A DNA stretch of 64,000 nt from Bulleidia sp. (GCA_963623745.1 CAVFMX010000046.1:201-64200); one strand, 5' to 3'; shown: positions 39,597-50,238, counted from the stretch's first letter. Numbers and translations are program-made. The notes: generated by a model from the sequence alone, not told the origin.

Positions 39597-41330
39597 CTAC
39601 TTGAACATGATGTAAGTCGAGTTCGTCACATCATTGCTCTTTGTCCGAAGGCTTTTCGTGATGTCAACCCCGCTTCCGCCATCCTGAATCGCGCATGCCG
39701 CCATCTCGTTGATCGAGAAGGCTATCGCGTCAGTGCATCCGAGCGCTTCCAGTTCGGTGATTCCGTTCTTGAAAGTAATCCCCCTCGAAGGATAGTTCGC
39801 GGAATCGATGTACATTCCGTAGGAATCCGCATATCTCTCAGCCATGAGGATTATGAGATCTCCGTTCGGGCGTGTTCCCATCATGACCCGCGCCATGTGC
39901 GAGCCGTCCCACCAGTGGGACTTCATTCCGCTGTAGGCGTTCGTCTCGCTCCAGTAGTCAACTATGAACTTCCGGGCGCCTTGGGACGCGTTGCGGCCAT
40001 TGTCAAGGGTGACACCGTCCTTCAGGGTGCTGAACAGGAAGTATCTTTCCTTCAGCCAGAGAGCCGTATATTCTTTCTGCGCGGTTCCGTAGTTCTCGTT
40101 GTAATCATAGTTGACTGCCTTCACTCCATCATGCAGAGGAATCGAGTAGCCGGTAACGAATGCGTCCACATCCCAGATTTCGCCCTTGGACAGATCGAAC
40201 GCCGACTTGTCGGCACCGAACTGAGGCGTGTCGAACTTGTAAAGTTTTCCGTCAATGACTTCGGCGTAGTTTATTTCCGCTTTTCCGTCCTTTACTCCGA
40301 TAGTCGGAGGCGTGTAGTAATAGACGATGTTCCAGTCGGCATACGGCTCACGGACAATGGTTCCGCCGTTCATATACCCCGGCACAAGTTCCGGCTTCAG
40401 GAAGCCGACGGACATTCCGCCGACAAACAGATTGTAAGTGGAGTTTGCGGCGACCGCTTCGCCAAGCTTGGAGCTTGCGTACCAGTAATTCTTCCCTCCT
40501 CCATAATCGCCTGTCCGGGTCTTCATGTCCACATGACCCGCAGGAATGAGAGCCACAACGGCACGGCTTGATGTGGCGGCCTTGTTGATGTCAAGTCCGG
40601 TGTCCAGAGTCTTCTCGCAAAGTTTGATGTGTCCCGGAAGAACACCGCCTTGCTCAATGTATGAAGATGTTATGTTCTTCCATTCGGACGGCATGTTCAT
40701 CGATGTCGCGGAAAGGATGTACTCGTAAGTTTTGACATCGTCCTGAATCTTGATGGTCACAGGTCCGGTGAGATTCTGAGTGGATTTCGCCTGCGACGGA
40801 GAAATCATCTTGGCTCCGTCCTTGAGAATCACCTCGACTGTGGCAGACTCCAGTCCTTGCGAGGTGAAAAGCATAGTGACTGTCCTGTCGTTGCCGGGCA
40901 GCCCTTCACTGCTCTCCGTGCCGACAGTCGCGATGATGTTGTCGAGAGGACAATATTCGACGGCGGTTATGGTGTAGGAGACATCTACGAAGTTGTCCTT
41001 CGCCTTCACGATGCAGTCTTTGGTCAGGTCAACCGTTTCCGGAAGATTCTCCTCGCAGACAATACCATCGTCGAACGTGTACTTTATCGGAAGGTTGTTC
41101 CAGTTCGAAGGATCCTCCTTAAGATAGAATGTGATTCCCATTCCGTTGACAATGCCGTCAACCCAGACACCCTTGTCCTGGATCTGCGCCGCGACTATAG
41201 GACTCTTCACCTTCTCAGGATCATCCTGCCAAGGAATCGCGAAATCCGTAAGACCGTCGTACGGACTGCACGACATGAGCGCAAGGCAACCGCCAAACGC
41301 GAGCGTAAGAATTCTTGTTATCCTGTTCAT
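39597..41330 (-). CDS. Surface lipoprotein with two Ig-like N-terminal modules and a divergent phosphodiester-glycosidase (NAGPA)-like C-terminus
   Basis: Lipobox LMSC. Repeats VDLTKDCIVKAKD..SYTITA / QNLTGPVTIKIQD..YEYILSA. ARVMMG..NGDLIILMAE..RGIT..LEALGCTDAIAF resembles NAGPA. Confidence 0.55.
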   Translation of the reverse strand: MNRITRILTLAFGGCLALMSCSPYDGLTDFAIPWQDDPEKVKSPIVAAQIQDKGVWVDGIVNGMGITFYLKEDPSNWNNLPIKYTFDDGIVCEENLPETVDLTKDCIVKAKDNFVDVSYTITAVEYCPLDNIIATVGTESSEGLPGNDRTVTMLFTSQGLESATVEVILKDGAKMISPSQAKSTQNLTGPVTIKIQDDVKTYEYILSATSMNMPSEWKNITSSYIEQGGVLPGHIKLCEKTLDTGLDINKAATSSRAVVALIPAGHVDMKTRTGDYGGGKNYWYASSKLGEAVAANSTYNLFVGGMSVGFLKPELVPGYMNGGTIVREPYADWNIVYYYTPPTIGVKDGKAEINYAEVIDGKLYKFDTPQFGADKSAFDLSKGEIWDVDAFVTGYSIPLHDGVKAVNYDYNENYGTAQKEYTALWLKERYFLFSTLKDGVTLDNGRNASQGARKFIVDYWSETNAYSGMKSHWWDGSHMARVMMGTRPNGDLIILMAERYADSYGMYIDSANYPSRGITFKNGITELEALGCTDAIAFSINEMAACAIQDGGSGVDITKSLRTKSNDVTNSTYIMFK

Positions 41331-41352
41331 TTGTCGTTTTCTTTAATGTTGA

Positions 41353-42987
41353 TTATTTCGCGAGGGCGAGATCCTGGGCGTACTCATCGCGCTGCCAGTA
41401 CTGCGCTATCTCGACACCCGCCTCGGCCGCTTGCTGCACAGCATAGTTCGGGATCGGGACATACTGAGACTTAGGGACAATTCCTTTGGCAAGGAAGTTC
41501 TTCTGCGCAAAGCAGTTGAATCTGACCAGATCGATCTTGCGCTGTCCCTCGTAGAAGAGTTCGTGACCACGCTCGTCAAGAATCGCGTCAAGGAAAGCGG
41601 ACACGGATGCGGTCTTCGCCGAGGAGAGGCCGGAAAGACCGGCTCTCGCCCGCACCTCATTCACAGCCGCCACAGCCTCTGCGGAAACCGAATTGTTCAA
41701 GCGTGCGTCAGCCTCCGCGTACATCAGGAGCACATCGGCCCAACGTGCCATAGGGATGTCCATCGGTTGATAATTCTTCTTCACCTCAGGCTTGAACTTG
41801 TTGTTGATGTAGCCGTCCCATGTCGAACCGATGTTGTCCGGACCCACCTTGGCTCCGGTCTTCGTGACATAGGACGTGATGATGCACTTCGCCCTGAGGT
41901 CTCCGGATTCGAATGTTCCATAAAAGTAAGGTGATATGTTGTAGTACTGGGACCATGTGTTGGCGTAGTGGAACTCAGGGTTCGATGTGTCATCGTCAAG
42001 TTTGGCGTTGTTAGGATACATGTAAAGACAGGTGGCGTTGTAGTTGCCGAAATCCGCGCCTGTGGATGACGGATTGACACTTATCGACATGATGGTCTCA
42101 CAGTTGAACTTGTTGGCGGACGCGAACTGCTCCTGGAAAGGATTGGATCCGGTCTTGAAGAGGGCGTAGCCGGCGGCGGAAGCCTTTAGTTCATTGTACG
42201 CCTCTATGGCCTTCGCATAGTAGCCATCCATGTAATAGCCTTCATTCAGGCAGTGATGCATGAGCAGGAATCTTGCGAAATCCTTGCTGTAACGGCCTTT
42301 CTCCGTGACTTCCTCCCAGGACGGGACAAACCGGACCGCATTCTCGAGATCCGAGGTGATCAGTTCCGCCGCCGCCCTGAGTGTCGGACGCCGGTAATCA
42401 TTGAGCGCATCCGTGTCTTTCACCTTGTCAGGATCGGTGACATAGGGAAGAGGGCCGTACTTGTGCAGCATCAGGTACATGGAGAATCCACGCATGAGAT
42501 ACATCTCGCCGAGAAGTTCCTCCTTCCTTTCATCCTTAAGGACGTTGGACGGGGCGTTCTGGATTGTCTGCATGATCTTGGTCATGCGGGTGACGTTTGA
42601 CACAGTCTGGAAATGCGAACAGTAGGCATCCGAATAGCCACGGGAATATGTCGTGGCCTCCGTGAAATCCGCCTGCCCCCAGTAGAGCCAGGAGCTTGTG
42701 CCTCCCGTCATCCATGGGGCGTTGATGTCCGTAGGCATGTCAAAGACTTTCATCACGCCGCATGCCGGTCCGAACCAGCAGTTGATGGTTCTTCCGCCCA
42801 TTGTCGTGTTCCAGTAGGAGCTGAACGTTCCGTAGCACGAGACAACGAGCGAATTGTAGTCCTCCGCCGTTGAAGGATAGACGGACTGGATGAACGAGCC
42901 GTAAATCTTCGGGTCAAAGTTCCCCTCGCAGTTTGTCGTGGAGATGGCCGCGGCGGCGATCGCTATTATTGATAGATACTTTCTCAT
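41353..42987 (-). CDS. SusD/RagB family lipoprotein
   Basis: GEMYLMRGFSMY, RWADVLLMYAEA, VNEVRARAG and DERGHELFYEGQRKIDLVRF. Confidence 0.95.
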   Translation of the reverse strand: MRKYLSIIAIAAAAISTTNCEGNFDPKIYGSFIQSVYPSTAEDYNSLVVSCYGTFSSYWNTTMGGRTINCWFGPACGVMKVFDMPTDINAPWMTGGTSSWLYWGQADFTEATTYSRGYSDAYCSHFQTVSNVTRMTKIMQTIQNAPSNVLKDERKEELLGEMYLMRGFSMYLMLHKYGPLPYVTDPDKVKDTDALNDYRRPTLRAAAELITSDLENAVRFVPSWEEVTEKGRYSKDFARFLLMHHCLNEGYYMDGYYAKAIEAYNELKASAAGYALFKTGSNPFQEQFASANKFNCETIMSISVNPSSTGADFGNYNATCLYMYPNNAKLDDDTSNPEFHYANTWSQYYNISPYFYGTFESGDLRAKCIITSYVTKTGAKVGPDNIGSTWDGYINNKFKPEVKKNYQPMDIPMARWADVLLMYAEADARLNNSVSAEAVAAVNEVRARAGLSGLSSAKTASVSAFLDAILDERGHELFYEGQRKIDLVRFNCFAQKNFLAKGIVPKSQYVPIPNYAVQQAAEAGVEIAQYWQRDEYAQDLALAK

Positions 42988-42999
42988 TTCAGGGTGGAT

Positions 43000-45900
43000 T
43001 TAAAATTGAACCTTGACACCGACAGAGTAGGTCTTGGCCTGAGGGTAGTTGACGACCGTTGACTGACCGCCGCCAGTGTTTATCTCAGGGTCAATCATCG
43101 TGAAGTTCGTGAAGATGAACGGATTCTGCGCATCCGCATAAAGCCTGACACTGGTCACATAGCCTTTCAGGGCACGAAGCATCCTTGCATCGAAAGTATA
43201 GCCGAGAGTTATGTTTCTGACCCTCAGGAAAGACGCGTCCTCCCGGTTGTTATCGACCCCAAGAGAGTAAGGAAGCGTGGAGCATTTCTGTGCGGCATAT
43301 CCCACAAGCGTACCGTTCGGGTTGGTGATCGAGTTATAGTTCCCGAATGCCGTCAGGGCTATGTTCCGTCCCAAAGTCGTCAGGCTGTAGGTGTTCGCGT
43401 ACCCAAGTGCGTTGTTATACTTGGAGATCCCCACACGGCCGTAGCAGTAGATGTCGAGATCCCAATTCTTCCACGTGAAGGTGTTGCCGAAACCGAAATA
43501 GAACTTAGGGTCTCCGACATTCTCGCGATAGACATCGTTGACATCTATGACACCGTCATTGTTCTTGTCAACAATGATAGGGACACCAGGCATCTGCCAC
43601 GATTCGTCAAGCGACATCTGTGAGGCCGGCATGTTGCTGCGGTCCGAATTGATTATTCCGTCCGACTTGTAGTGATAGTAGTAGCTGACAGGCTCGTCAG
43701 GAAGCGGATTGCCGTCAGCATCAAGCTGATAGACCGCATAATCATAGTTGGCGACCCTCTTCACCCATGTGGTCGCATTTTTCGACCAGTTGAGAGATGT
43801 CGTCCAGGTGAAGTCCTTGGTGACGATGTTCCTGGTGTTGACGGAGATTTCGACACCCTGCCTTTTATAATGTCCGTCGTTGACAGGACGGCTCACGAAC
43901 ATGTCTTTCCAGCTTGCGTTCTCGTAGAGAAGCTGGTTGGTCTCATCGTTGCGGTAAAAATCCACACTGCCCCACACCCTGTCGTTGAGGACAGAGAAAT
44001 CAAGGGCGATGTTCTTCATCTCCGTGGTCTCCCAGGAGACATCGTCATAGTCCTCTCCGCTGAGGACATAAGGATGGTACTTGGTCTGTCCCTGATCAAA
44101 GGAGACTATCTTGCCAAGAGCATAGACCCCATACAATGACGTGCCAAGGTTGTCACGTCCGGTCTGGCCATAAGATGCGCGGAGTTTAAGGAGATTTACC
44201 CACGGCACATCCTTCAGCCATTGTTCGCCGGTGATCTTCCATGCGACGGACACCGACGGGAACACGCCGTATTTCTTTGACGGGAAGAATTTGTCCGTAC
44301 CGTCACGACGTACCGACGCCGAGATGACATACCTGTCAAGGAAGTCGGCGGACAGGCGCGCGAACTGGGACCTCTTCTCACTCGCCGAACGGGAAGAGTT
44401 CACCGTGAAAGGCCCTTCAGCGACACCGGCAAGGTCGTTCCCGATCGCATCATTGGTGTTCGTGTAATAGAAATAATGGTTGAAGTAGTTCGTGTAATAC
44501 ACTCCCATGCCGGCGACGGCCGTCAGATCAACCATGTCAGCCAGACGATGCCTGAACTCAAGCGTTCCCTCGATGGTCTGCTTCTGGTAATTGGTGGTGC
44601 CGATCTGTCCCCTTGACGTGTAGGTCTGGTTGAAGTAAACCGTTGAAGGGATGTAGTACTGCCGCTCCACGGTCTCCTTGTCCAGTCCATAGACACCCTT
44701 GAGTTTGAGCCAATCCTTCACGATGTCGATGTCGAGGTTGAAATTCGCGTAGATCGAGTTCTTCTCGGTGGTGTCGTCAATCTTGAGAAGTTCCGCCGGA
44801 TTCGGAACGCTTCCGAACATCGTGGCGTTGCCGTCCGCGTCCGTGGCGCCGAGAATCGGCGGATAAGTGACGGCTGCCTGATAAGCTCCGTAGCTGTGTC
44901 CTCCGACCTGATCTGCACCGACGGTGGAATTCTTGTACTTGTTGTTGTTATAGTTGAGGGTGGTCGAGAGTCTCACGAACGGGAACAGTTCGGCGGTGAC
45001 GTTGGTCCTGATCACGTACCTTCTCATACCCGAATTGTAAACCGTACCGTCCTGATTGAAATAGTTGAGGCCAAGATAGTAGCGCAGCTTGTCCGTGCCA
45101 CCCTGGACAGTGATGTTCTGGTTGTTGATGCTACCCGTCCTGAGAACATTCGATGTCCAATCGGTGTCTATGGTGTTGGCGGCGATATATTCAGATGAAT
45201 AGACCGGCTCCCAATTGCCGTCATACGCATTGTCCCCGTAAGGATAGACACCCTTGTTATAGTAGTAAGCTTCCTTGCTGAAAGCATTGGTGAGCCGCAT
45301 GAACTTGTCAGCGTTCAAGACCTTCAAGGTTCTCGTATTCTCCAGCCAGGAGTAGCTTCCGGACCAGGTGACCATCGGACGGCCCTGCTTTCCTTTCTTG
45401 GTCGTGATGATGACGACTCCGTCCGATGCTCCGATACCATAGATGGCGGCGGACGCATCCTTCAGGATCTCGATCGACTCGATGTCCTCAGGGTTGATGC
45501 CGCCAAGACCCGAACGGTTGATCGAGGACGTGAGATAGGATGAGCCGGCGGCGCCGGATTCGACGGCGGTGCTTGGCATCACCACTCCATCCACGACATA
45601 GACAGGCGTGCCTCCTCCACGGATGCTGATGCTCACCGCTCCGTCAGGCTGCGGACTCGAAATGTTGGACTGCACACCGGCGGCGCGGCCAAGGAGAAGA
45701 CCCGACACATTGCTGACAGCGGCCTTCGTGACTTTGTCCGCCGAGATGCTTGACACTGCGGTTGTAAGGTTCTTTCTTGTTGTCGTGCCATAACCGATCA
45801 CTACAGCCTCGTCAAGGCTTCTTCTTTCCTCCTCCAGGACGACATCGTACCGGGAACGTGTCCCGACCACAAAAGTGTTGTCAACATAGCCAAGCGAGGA

Positions 45901-46359
45901 GACGATGATCTCGTCGCCCTGCGCTGCCGTCATGGCATAGTTTCCGGAGACATCCGTGATGACACCGTCACCCGACGGGCGGCGCACGACAGCCGCACCG
46001 ATGACCGGTTCGCCGTTCTCGTCAACAACCTTGCCGGAGATGCTCATTCCGGGGTTGGACGACTTGACGGATTTTCTGATGGTCACTTTGGTTCCGTCAA
46101 TGACATAAGTCACATCCTGCCCATTCAGAATCTGGGCGATGGCCGACTCAATGGAATTCGCGTCAACGTTCACGATCTTCCCTGTGTTCAGATCCTCGGA
46201 AGCGAAGACGAATGACCAGCCGCTCTGTTTTTGAAGTTCAGTTATGGCTTTCCGCACAGTTGTATTCCTCAAGTGAATACTGATGTCCTGAGCGAATGCC
46301 GCTACCCCCCCCCATAACACAGCCGCAATCATGATGCAGGCTCTTAATTTAGGGTTCAT
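43000..46359 (-). CDS. SusC/RagA TonB-dependent transporter with N-terminal STN signalling domain
   Basis: STN-like N-terminus, DEAVVIGYG, INPEDIESIEILKDASAAIYG, RRDGTDKF, LKLRASYG and YPQAKTYSVGVKVQF. Confidence 0.95.
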   Translation of the reverse strand: MNPKLRACIMIAAVLWGGVAAFAQDISIHLRNTTVRKAITELQKQSGWSFVFASEDLNTGKIVNVDANSIESAIAQILNGQDVTYVIDGTKVTIRKSVKSSNPGMSISGKVVDENGEPVIGAAVVRRPSGDGVITDVSGNYAMTAAQGDEIIVSSLGYVDNTFVVGTRSRYDVVLEEERRSLDEAVVIGYGTTTRKNLTTAVSSISADKVTKAAVSNVSGLLLGRAAGVQSNISSPQPDGAVSISIRGGGTPVYVVDGVVMPSTAVESGAAGSSYLTSSINRSGLGGINPEDIESIEILKDASAAIYGIGASDGVVIITTKKGKQGRPMVTWSGSYSWLENTRTLKVLNADKFMRLTNAFSKEAYYYNKGVYPYGDNAYDGNWEPVYSSEYIAANTIDTDWTSNVLRTGSINNQNITVQGGTDKLRYYLGLNYFNQDGTVYNSGMRRYVIRTNVTAELFPFVRLSTTLNYNNNKYKNSTVGADQVGGHSYGAYQAAVTYPPILGATDADGNATMFGSVPNPAELLKIDDTTEKNSIYANFNLDIDIVKDWLKLKGVYGLDKETVERQYYIPSTVYFNQTYTSRGQIGTTNYQKQTIEGTLEFRHRLADMVDLTAVAGMGVYYTNYFNHYFYYTNTNDAIGNDLAGVAEGPFTVNSSRSASEKRSQFARLSADFLDRYVISASVRRDGTDKFFPSKKYGVFPSVSVAWKITGEQWLKDVPWVNLLKLRASYGQTGRDNLGTSLYGVYALGKIVSFDQGQTKYHPYVLSGEDYDDVSWETTEMKNIALDFSVLNDRVWGSVDFYRNDETNQLLYENASWKDMFVSRPVNDGHYKRQGVEISVNTRNIVTKDFTWTTSLNWSKNATTWVKRVANYDYAVYQLDADGNPLPDEPVSYYYHYKSDGIINSDRSNMPASQMSLDESWQMPGVPIIVDKNNDGVIDVNDVYRENVGDPKFYFGFGNTFTWKNWDLDIYCYGRVGISKYNNALGYANTYSLTTLGRNIALTAFGNYNSITNPNGTLVGYAAQKCSTLPYSLGVDNNREDASFLRVRNITLGYTFDARMLRALKGYVTSVRLYADAQNPFIFTNFTMIDPEINTGGGQSTVVNYPQAKTYSVGVKVQF

Positions 46360-46383
46360 TAAATTACGTTTTTGTGGTTGAAC

Positions 46384-47370
46384 TTAATTGAATATTATAG
46401 TGGATCCATTTATCTCACATCTTATCTTCCCTGTCGCCTCAAGGGATTTCAGGATGTCATCGAGAGTGCAGTCGTCCCCCACGAAGCAACAGTAGAATCT
46501 CGTGGACTTGAGCGCCTCGTCCGCAATCATCACATGTACCCTATAACGGCGTGAAAGTTCGTTGGCGATGGTCTGAAGAGTCGAGTTCTCAAACACGATG
46601 GCTCCGTTCATCCATTCGGCAGGAGAAATGGACGACTGCACGCGTACCTTCATCCGTCCGTCACCTTTGATGATCTCCGCCGTCTGACTGGCATTCAGAA
46701 CAGCATATTCCTTACCGCCGCCAAGAAGATTGTGGACTTCCGCGCTCCCCTCGACAACGGACACGGAAATGAAATCATTGTTGTCGTACGCGCTGATGTT
46801 GAATTTCGTCCCGATGTCCTTGATCGAGGCTCCGTTGACGTTCACGATCAAAGGTAGCGTCTCGTCATGCCTGACATCAAAGAAAGCCTCGCCGGAGAGG
46901 GTGATGTTCCTTTCCGTCATGCCAAAACTCCTGCGGTAGGAGATCCGGGAATCCGAATTCAACGTCACCACCGTCCCGTCCGACAGGGTCACGGAAGTGG
47001 TTGAACCGGCAGGCGCGGAAACCGAACACTCGGCAAGAGCGGCGGGTTCGCAGACACTCCTGACACCCTTGCGGAACGAGAGAGAAACACACAAAAGCAG
47101 ACAGGCGGCTCCGGCGAGTCCTATGGAAAGGCAGCGGACAAACACCAGCCTGCGCGTGGAGACATTCTTATGCACTTTCCTCTGGAAACGCGAATAAGCC
47201 TTCTCCGAGTCGAATCCGGCTCCACGGGAAGCCAGCCAGATCTCCCTTCTTTTCTGAAAATAAACCATGTTCGCCTTGTCTCCGGCAATCCACTCCTTGA
47301 GGAATCTCATCTCCTCAAGAGAAGCGTTGCCCGTGAGATAGGAGGCTATTATTACGTCTATGTCGTCCAT
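46384..47370 (-). CDS. FecR-family anti-sigma factor
   Basis: TM helix, LSDGTVVTLNSDS, LSGEAFFDV, GTKFNI and VVEGS. Confidence 0.92.
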   Translation of the reverse strand: MDDIDVIIASYLTGNASLEEMRFLKEWIAGDKANMVYFQKRREIWLASRGAGFDSEKAYSRFQRKVHKNVSTRRLVFVRCLSIGLAGAACLLLCVSLSFRKGVRSVCEPAALAECSVSAPAGSTTSVTLSDGTVVTLNSDSRISYRRSFGMTERNITLSGEAFFDVRHDETLPLIVNVNGASIKDIGTKFNISAYDNNDFISVSVVEGSAEVHNLLGGGKEYAVLNASQTAEIIKGDGRMKVRVQSSISPAEWMNGAIVFENSTLQTIANELSRRYRVHVMIADEALKSTRFYCCFVGDDCTLDDILKSLEATGKIRCEINGSTIIFN

Positions 47371-47441
47371 GCCTTTTTTATCTGTTCACATCATATTGAC
47401 AGGCAAAAAAGGCGTGCGGGTAGTGGAAAAACAGAAAAAAG

Positions 47442-47984
47442 TCAGAAAAGATAACTTTCCAAAGCGGCGGTCAGGCCTGAGAATGCCTCCCGCATGTGGT
47501 ATTTGACGGTGTTGACGGAAATGCCCAGCTCGTCAGAGATCTCGGCATAGGTTTTTCCCTCGAAACGGCTTTTCTTAAAGACACGGCGGGTCTTTTCCGG
47601 AAGACTGTCTATCGCTGATTTGATCTTGCCGTCAAGTTCTCTAAGGAGGAGTTGTCCCGTAGGATTCTCATAAGCGATGACATCCTCGTCAACTTCACCG
47701 CAGACCTCCTTTCTCACAAAATTCCGGTCAAGGAAATTGATGCAGCGGCGTTTGACCGCAGTGACAAGATACGGGCGGATCTCTCCCTTGATGTCCAGTC
47801 CTGAACCCATTTCCCAGATGTGGCAGAAAAGATCCCCTACGATTGTCTCCGCCGTGTAGGGATCCTTCACCATCATCTCGGCGAAGGCGCATAATGAGGA
47901 ATAATGATGCTCGAACAAGTAGCGGTAAGCATCATCATCATGGTTTCTGAGACCCCTTACTATGTAATCCTCGGACATTGACAT
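47442..47984 (-). CDS. ECF sigma-70 factor (Bacteroides expansion family)
   Basis: AETIVGDLFCHIWE and LPEKTRRVFKKSRFEGKTYAEISDELGISVNTVKYH. Confidence 0.92.
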   Translation of the reverse strand: MSMSEDYIVRGLRNHDDDAYRYLFEHHYSSLCAFAEMMVKDPYTAETIVGDLFCHIWEMGSGLDIKGEIRPYLVTAVKRRCINFLDRNFVRKEVCGEVDEDVIAYENPTGQLLLRELDGKIKSAIDSLPEKTRRVFKKSRFEGKTYAEISDELGISVNTVKYHMREAFSGLTAALESYLF

Positions 47985-48012
47985 CTCTTTCCCGTTCGAA
48001 AAACGAGTGCGT

Positions 48013-50238
48013 CTATCGTCTTTCCAACATGCTTGACGGGTAGTAGTGCAGGAGGATCCGGTCGTAGGTGTAGCCGCGGCTGGCCATCACGGCGGCACCG
48101 ATCTGGCAGAGACCGACACCGTGCCCCCATCCGGCTCCGTCAAGAACCAGCTTGTCGCCTACCCATTTCACCTCAAAGGCGGAACTCTTCAGGTGGGAGT
48201 CGGACAGCCAGCGGCGGATGATCAGTTCCTTGCCGATGACCATCGTCCTCCTGTCGCCGATGACCTTCAGCCGTTTCAGTCTTCCGGAAGGGCCTCTCTC
48301 TATCGGGACAAGATCCCTGATCGTGCCGAAATCGATCCCTGAGCGTCTGCGGACAAGGTCGGAGACCTCCGCCCTTGAATATTCAGCGGTCCATCTGTAG
48401 AAGTCCTTGGTTTCCAGATCGTAGTCGTTGAGCACCTGTGAAAGGATCTGTTCGTCCTCCGTGTCGCAGAACACGTCACCGCCCTCCTTGAAGTCCGGAG
48501 TGTCCGGAAGCGGCTGAAGGTAAGGATAGTCCTTGTCTTCCCAGCAGGTGCTGAAAAGTTCCATGCGTCCGCCGCAGCATTTGGAGAATCGGGCGTCGCA
48601 GATCTGTCCTTCAGAGGTGAGCACGAGTCCCCAGGTCTGGTCTACGGCCTTGCGGACGGTCTCACCCACAGCCATCGTAAGGCCTTGGTAGCGTTGGCAG
48701 TGGTCATCGGCACAGACATCGAAGAGGGTGTGGTCGTCGTGGTCGAACCATTTGATGTACTCTTCGTCTTCGGTCACTGAACTTGTCGATGTGGCCTCGG
48801 CCGTTTCAGCCGGATCCAGCCGCCGGGCATGCCGAAGCGACGGATTCCGACGATGCTCCATCTGTGCCAAAACCCATGATCTGGAAATGACCGCATGAGC
48901 CTTGAGGAACTCCAATCCCGCAGAGGCCTTCATCTCGGAGGAAATGACGCTCAGAAGATAGTCCTCGACACCGACGATGTTCACGGCCGTGACCTTGTCT
49001 CCGTCCACGATGAACTTGAGCGTCCCGGCGAACTTCTGCGTCACCTTGCGCTCCCAATGGAAATCCACCCCGATGGTCACCCCGTAGAGGATGAATGACG
49101 GCTCGGCGAACATCGTGGCCTCGGTCTGCGCCTCGAAGACCAGTTCATCGTAAAGCGCTCCGTTGTAGGAGATGCGGCCCTGCGAGTATTCCACTTTTTG
49201 CCGGCCGGCCCCGTCCGAGATGATCTCGAACTCGATCTCTCCGCCGGACATGATGCCGACCTCCAGCCTGCGCTGGGATCTGGTCAGCCTCCAGATGATG
49301 CCTTTCTCGGTCTCCTCGCTGACGGTGATCTCACGGATGACAGAGGTAAGGAGCGCGGCATCAAGCTTGTCATAGTCCTCTTGCCTCGGAGCCACGAACA
49401 CCCCGCCCAAATCCGCGCATCCGGGGCTCATCGCCAGATGATCCTCTCCGGTCGAGCAATAGTTGTGCGGACGGTGCTTTTCTCTGAACACGACAATGGA
49501 GCGGTACTCCCCCTCATGCACCCAGGCGAACAGGTTGATCTTCGGCTCGTCAGAATCTTCAGGGACAGGGGCGCAGTCCAGAAGCCGGTAGAAAAGCTTC
49601 GCCACGGACTTGGCCGTGCCTCCGCAAAGGACGAAAACCCCGGAAGCATATTCATCGAGATGGAAGAGCTTGGCTTCCTTGACATTCGTAAGGAATTCGA
49701 GGGTCTTGCCCTCGCCAACCGCCAACAGGGCGTCCACCCTGTTCTGGAGCGGCATCAGCCCTTGCGGACAGGCCTGGAAATGCATGTGGTCCGGTGCCGA
49801 GGCTCCGCTCACCGGACCGTTGTAGAATCCGAGATATTCATCATGCCCCCTGACGAAGTCAAGAAGATCCTGGTAGCGGTGCCAGATCGACTGGGGAGTG
49901 TGGTCGGAACTTGAGATCACCAGATGGGACGGGAAAATCGGGTACGGATTCAGCGTGACACGGTACTTGCGCCCCTTGCGGCCCTCGAACTCGATGTGCG
50001 TCTGTTCCGCGGGACGGTTCTCCGGACAGAGGAAACACGGCCTCTCACTGAGGGATTTCCTGTCCAACGCGGCCTCGGAAGAGATCTTCCTGCACGGGTT
50101 GTGCTGCACGGTCACTTCCAGACCGCCGATGTCAAAACGCTTGGTCTCCACTTTCTTGAGGTTGCGGTAATTCTCCGCGGCCAAAGGCCAGACCGAAAGC
50201 TGATCCTTGATGAATTTGTCGATTTGATTGTCCATCAT
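48013..50238 (-). CDS. DUF4922 (HxHxQ nucleotidyl-phosphorylase-like) - SpoIID/LytB fusion protein
   Basis: N-half: RPCFLC, NPYPIF, YNGPVSGASAPDHMHFQ. C-half: EDYLLSVISSEM, KAHAVISRS, DVCADDHCQRY, GWGHGVGLCQIGA, ILLHYYP. Confidence 0.85.
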   Translation of the reverse strand: MMDNQIDKFIKDQLSVWPLAAENYRNLKKVETKRFDIGGLEVTVQHNPCRKISSEAALDRKSLSERPCFLCPENRPAEQTHIEFEGRKGRKYRVTLNPYPIFPSHLVISSSDHTPQSIWHRYQDLLDFVRGHDEYLGFYNGPVSGASAPDHMHFQACPQGLMPLQNRVDALLAVGEGKTLEFLTNVKEAKLFHLDEYASGVFVLCGGTAKSVAKLFYRLLDCAPVPEDSDEPKINLFAWVHEGEYRSIVVFREKHRPHNYCSTGEDHLAMSPGCADLGGVFVAPRQEDYDKLDAALLTSVIREITVSEETEKGIIWRLTRSQRRLEVGIMSGGEIEFEIISDGAGRQKVEYSQGRISYNGALYDELVFEAQTEATMFAEPSFILYGVTIGVDFHWERKVTQKFAGTLKFIVDGDKVTAVNIVGVEDYLLSVISSEMKASAGLEFLKAHAVISRSWVLAQMEHRRNPSLRHARRLDPAETAEATSTSSVTEDEEYIKWFDHDDHTLFDVCADDHCQRYQGLTMAVGETVRKAVDQTWGLVLTSEGQICDARFSKCCGGRMELFSTCWEDKDYPYLQPLPDTPDFKEGGDVFCDTEDEQILSQVLNDYDLETKDFYRWTAEYSRAEVSDLVRRRSGIDFGTIRDLVPIERGPSGRLKRLKVIGDRRTMVIGKELIIRRWLSDSHLKSSAFEVKWVGDKLVLDGAGWGHGVGLCQIGAAVMASRGYTYDRILLHYYPSSMLERR

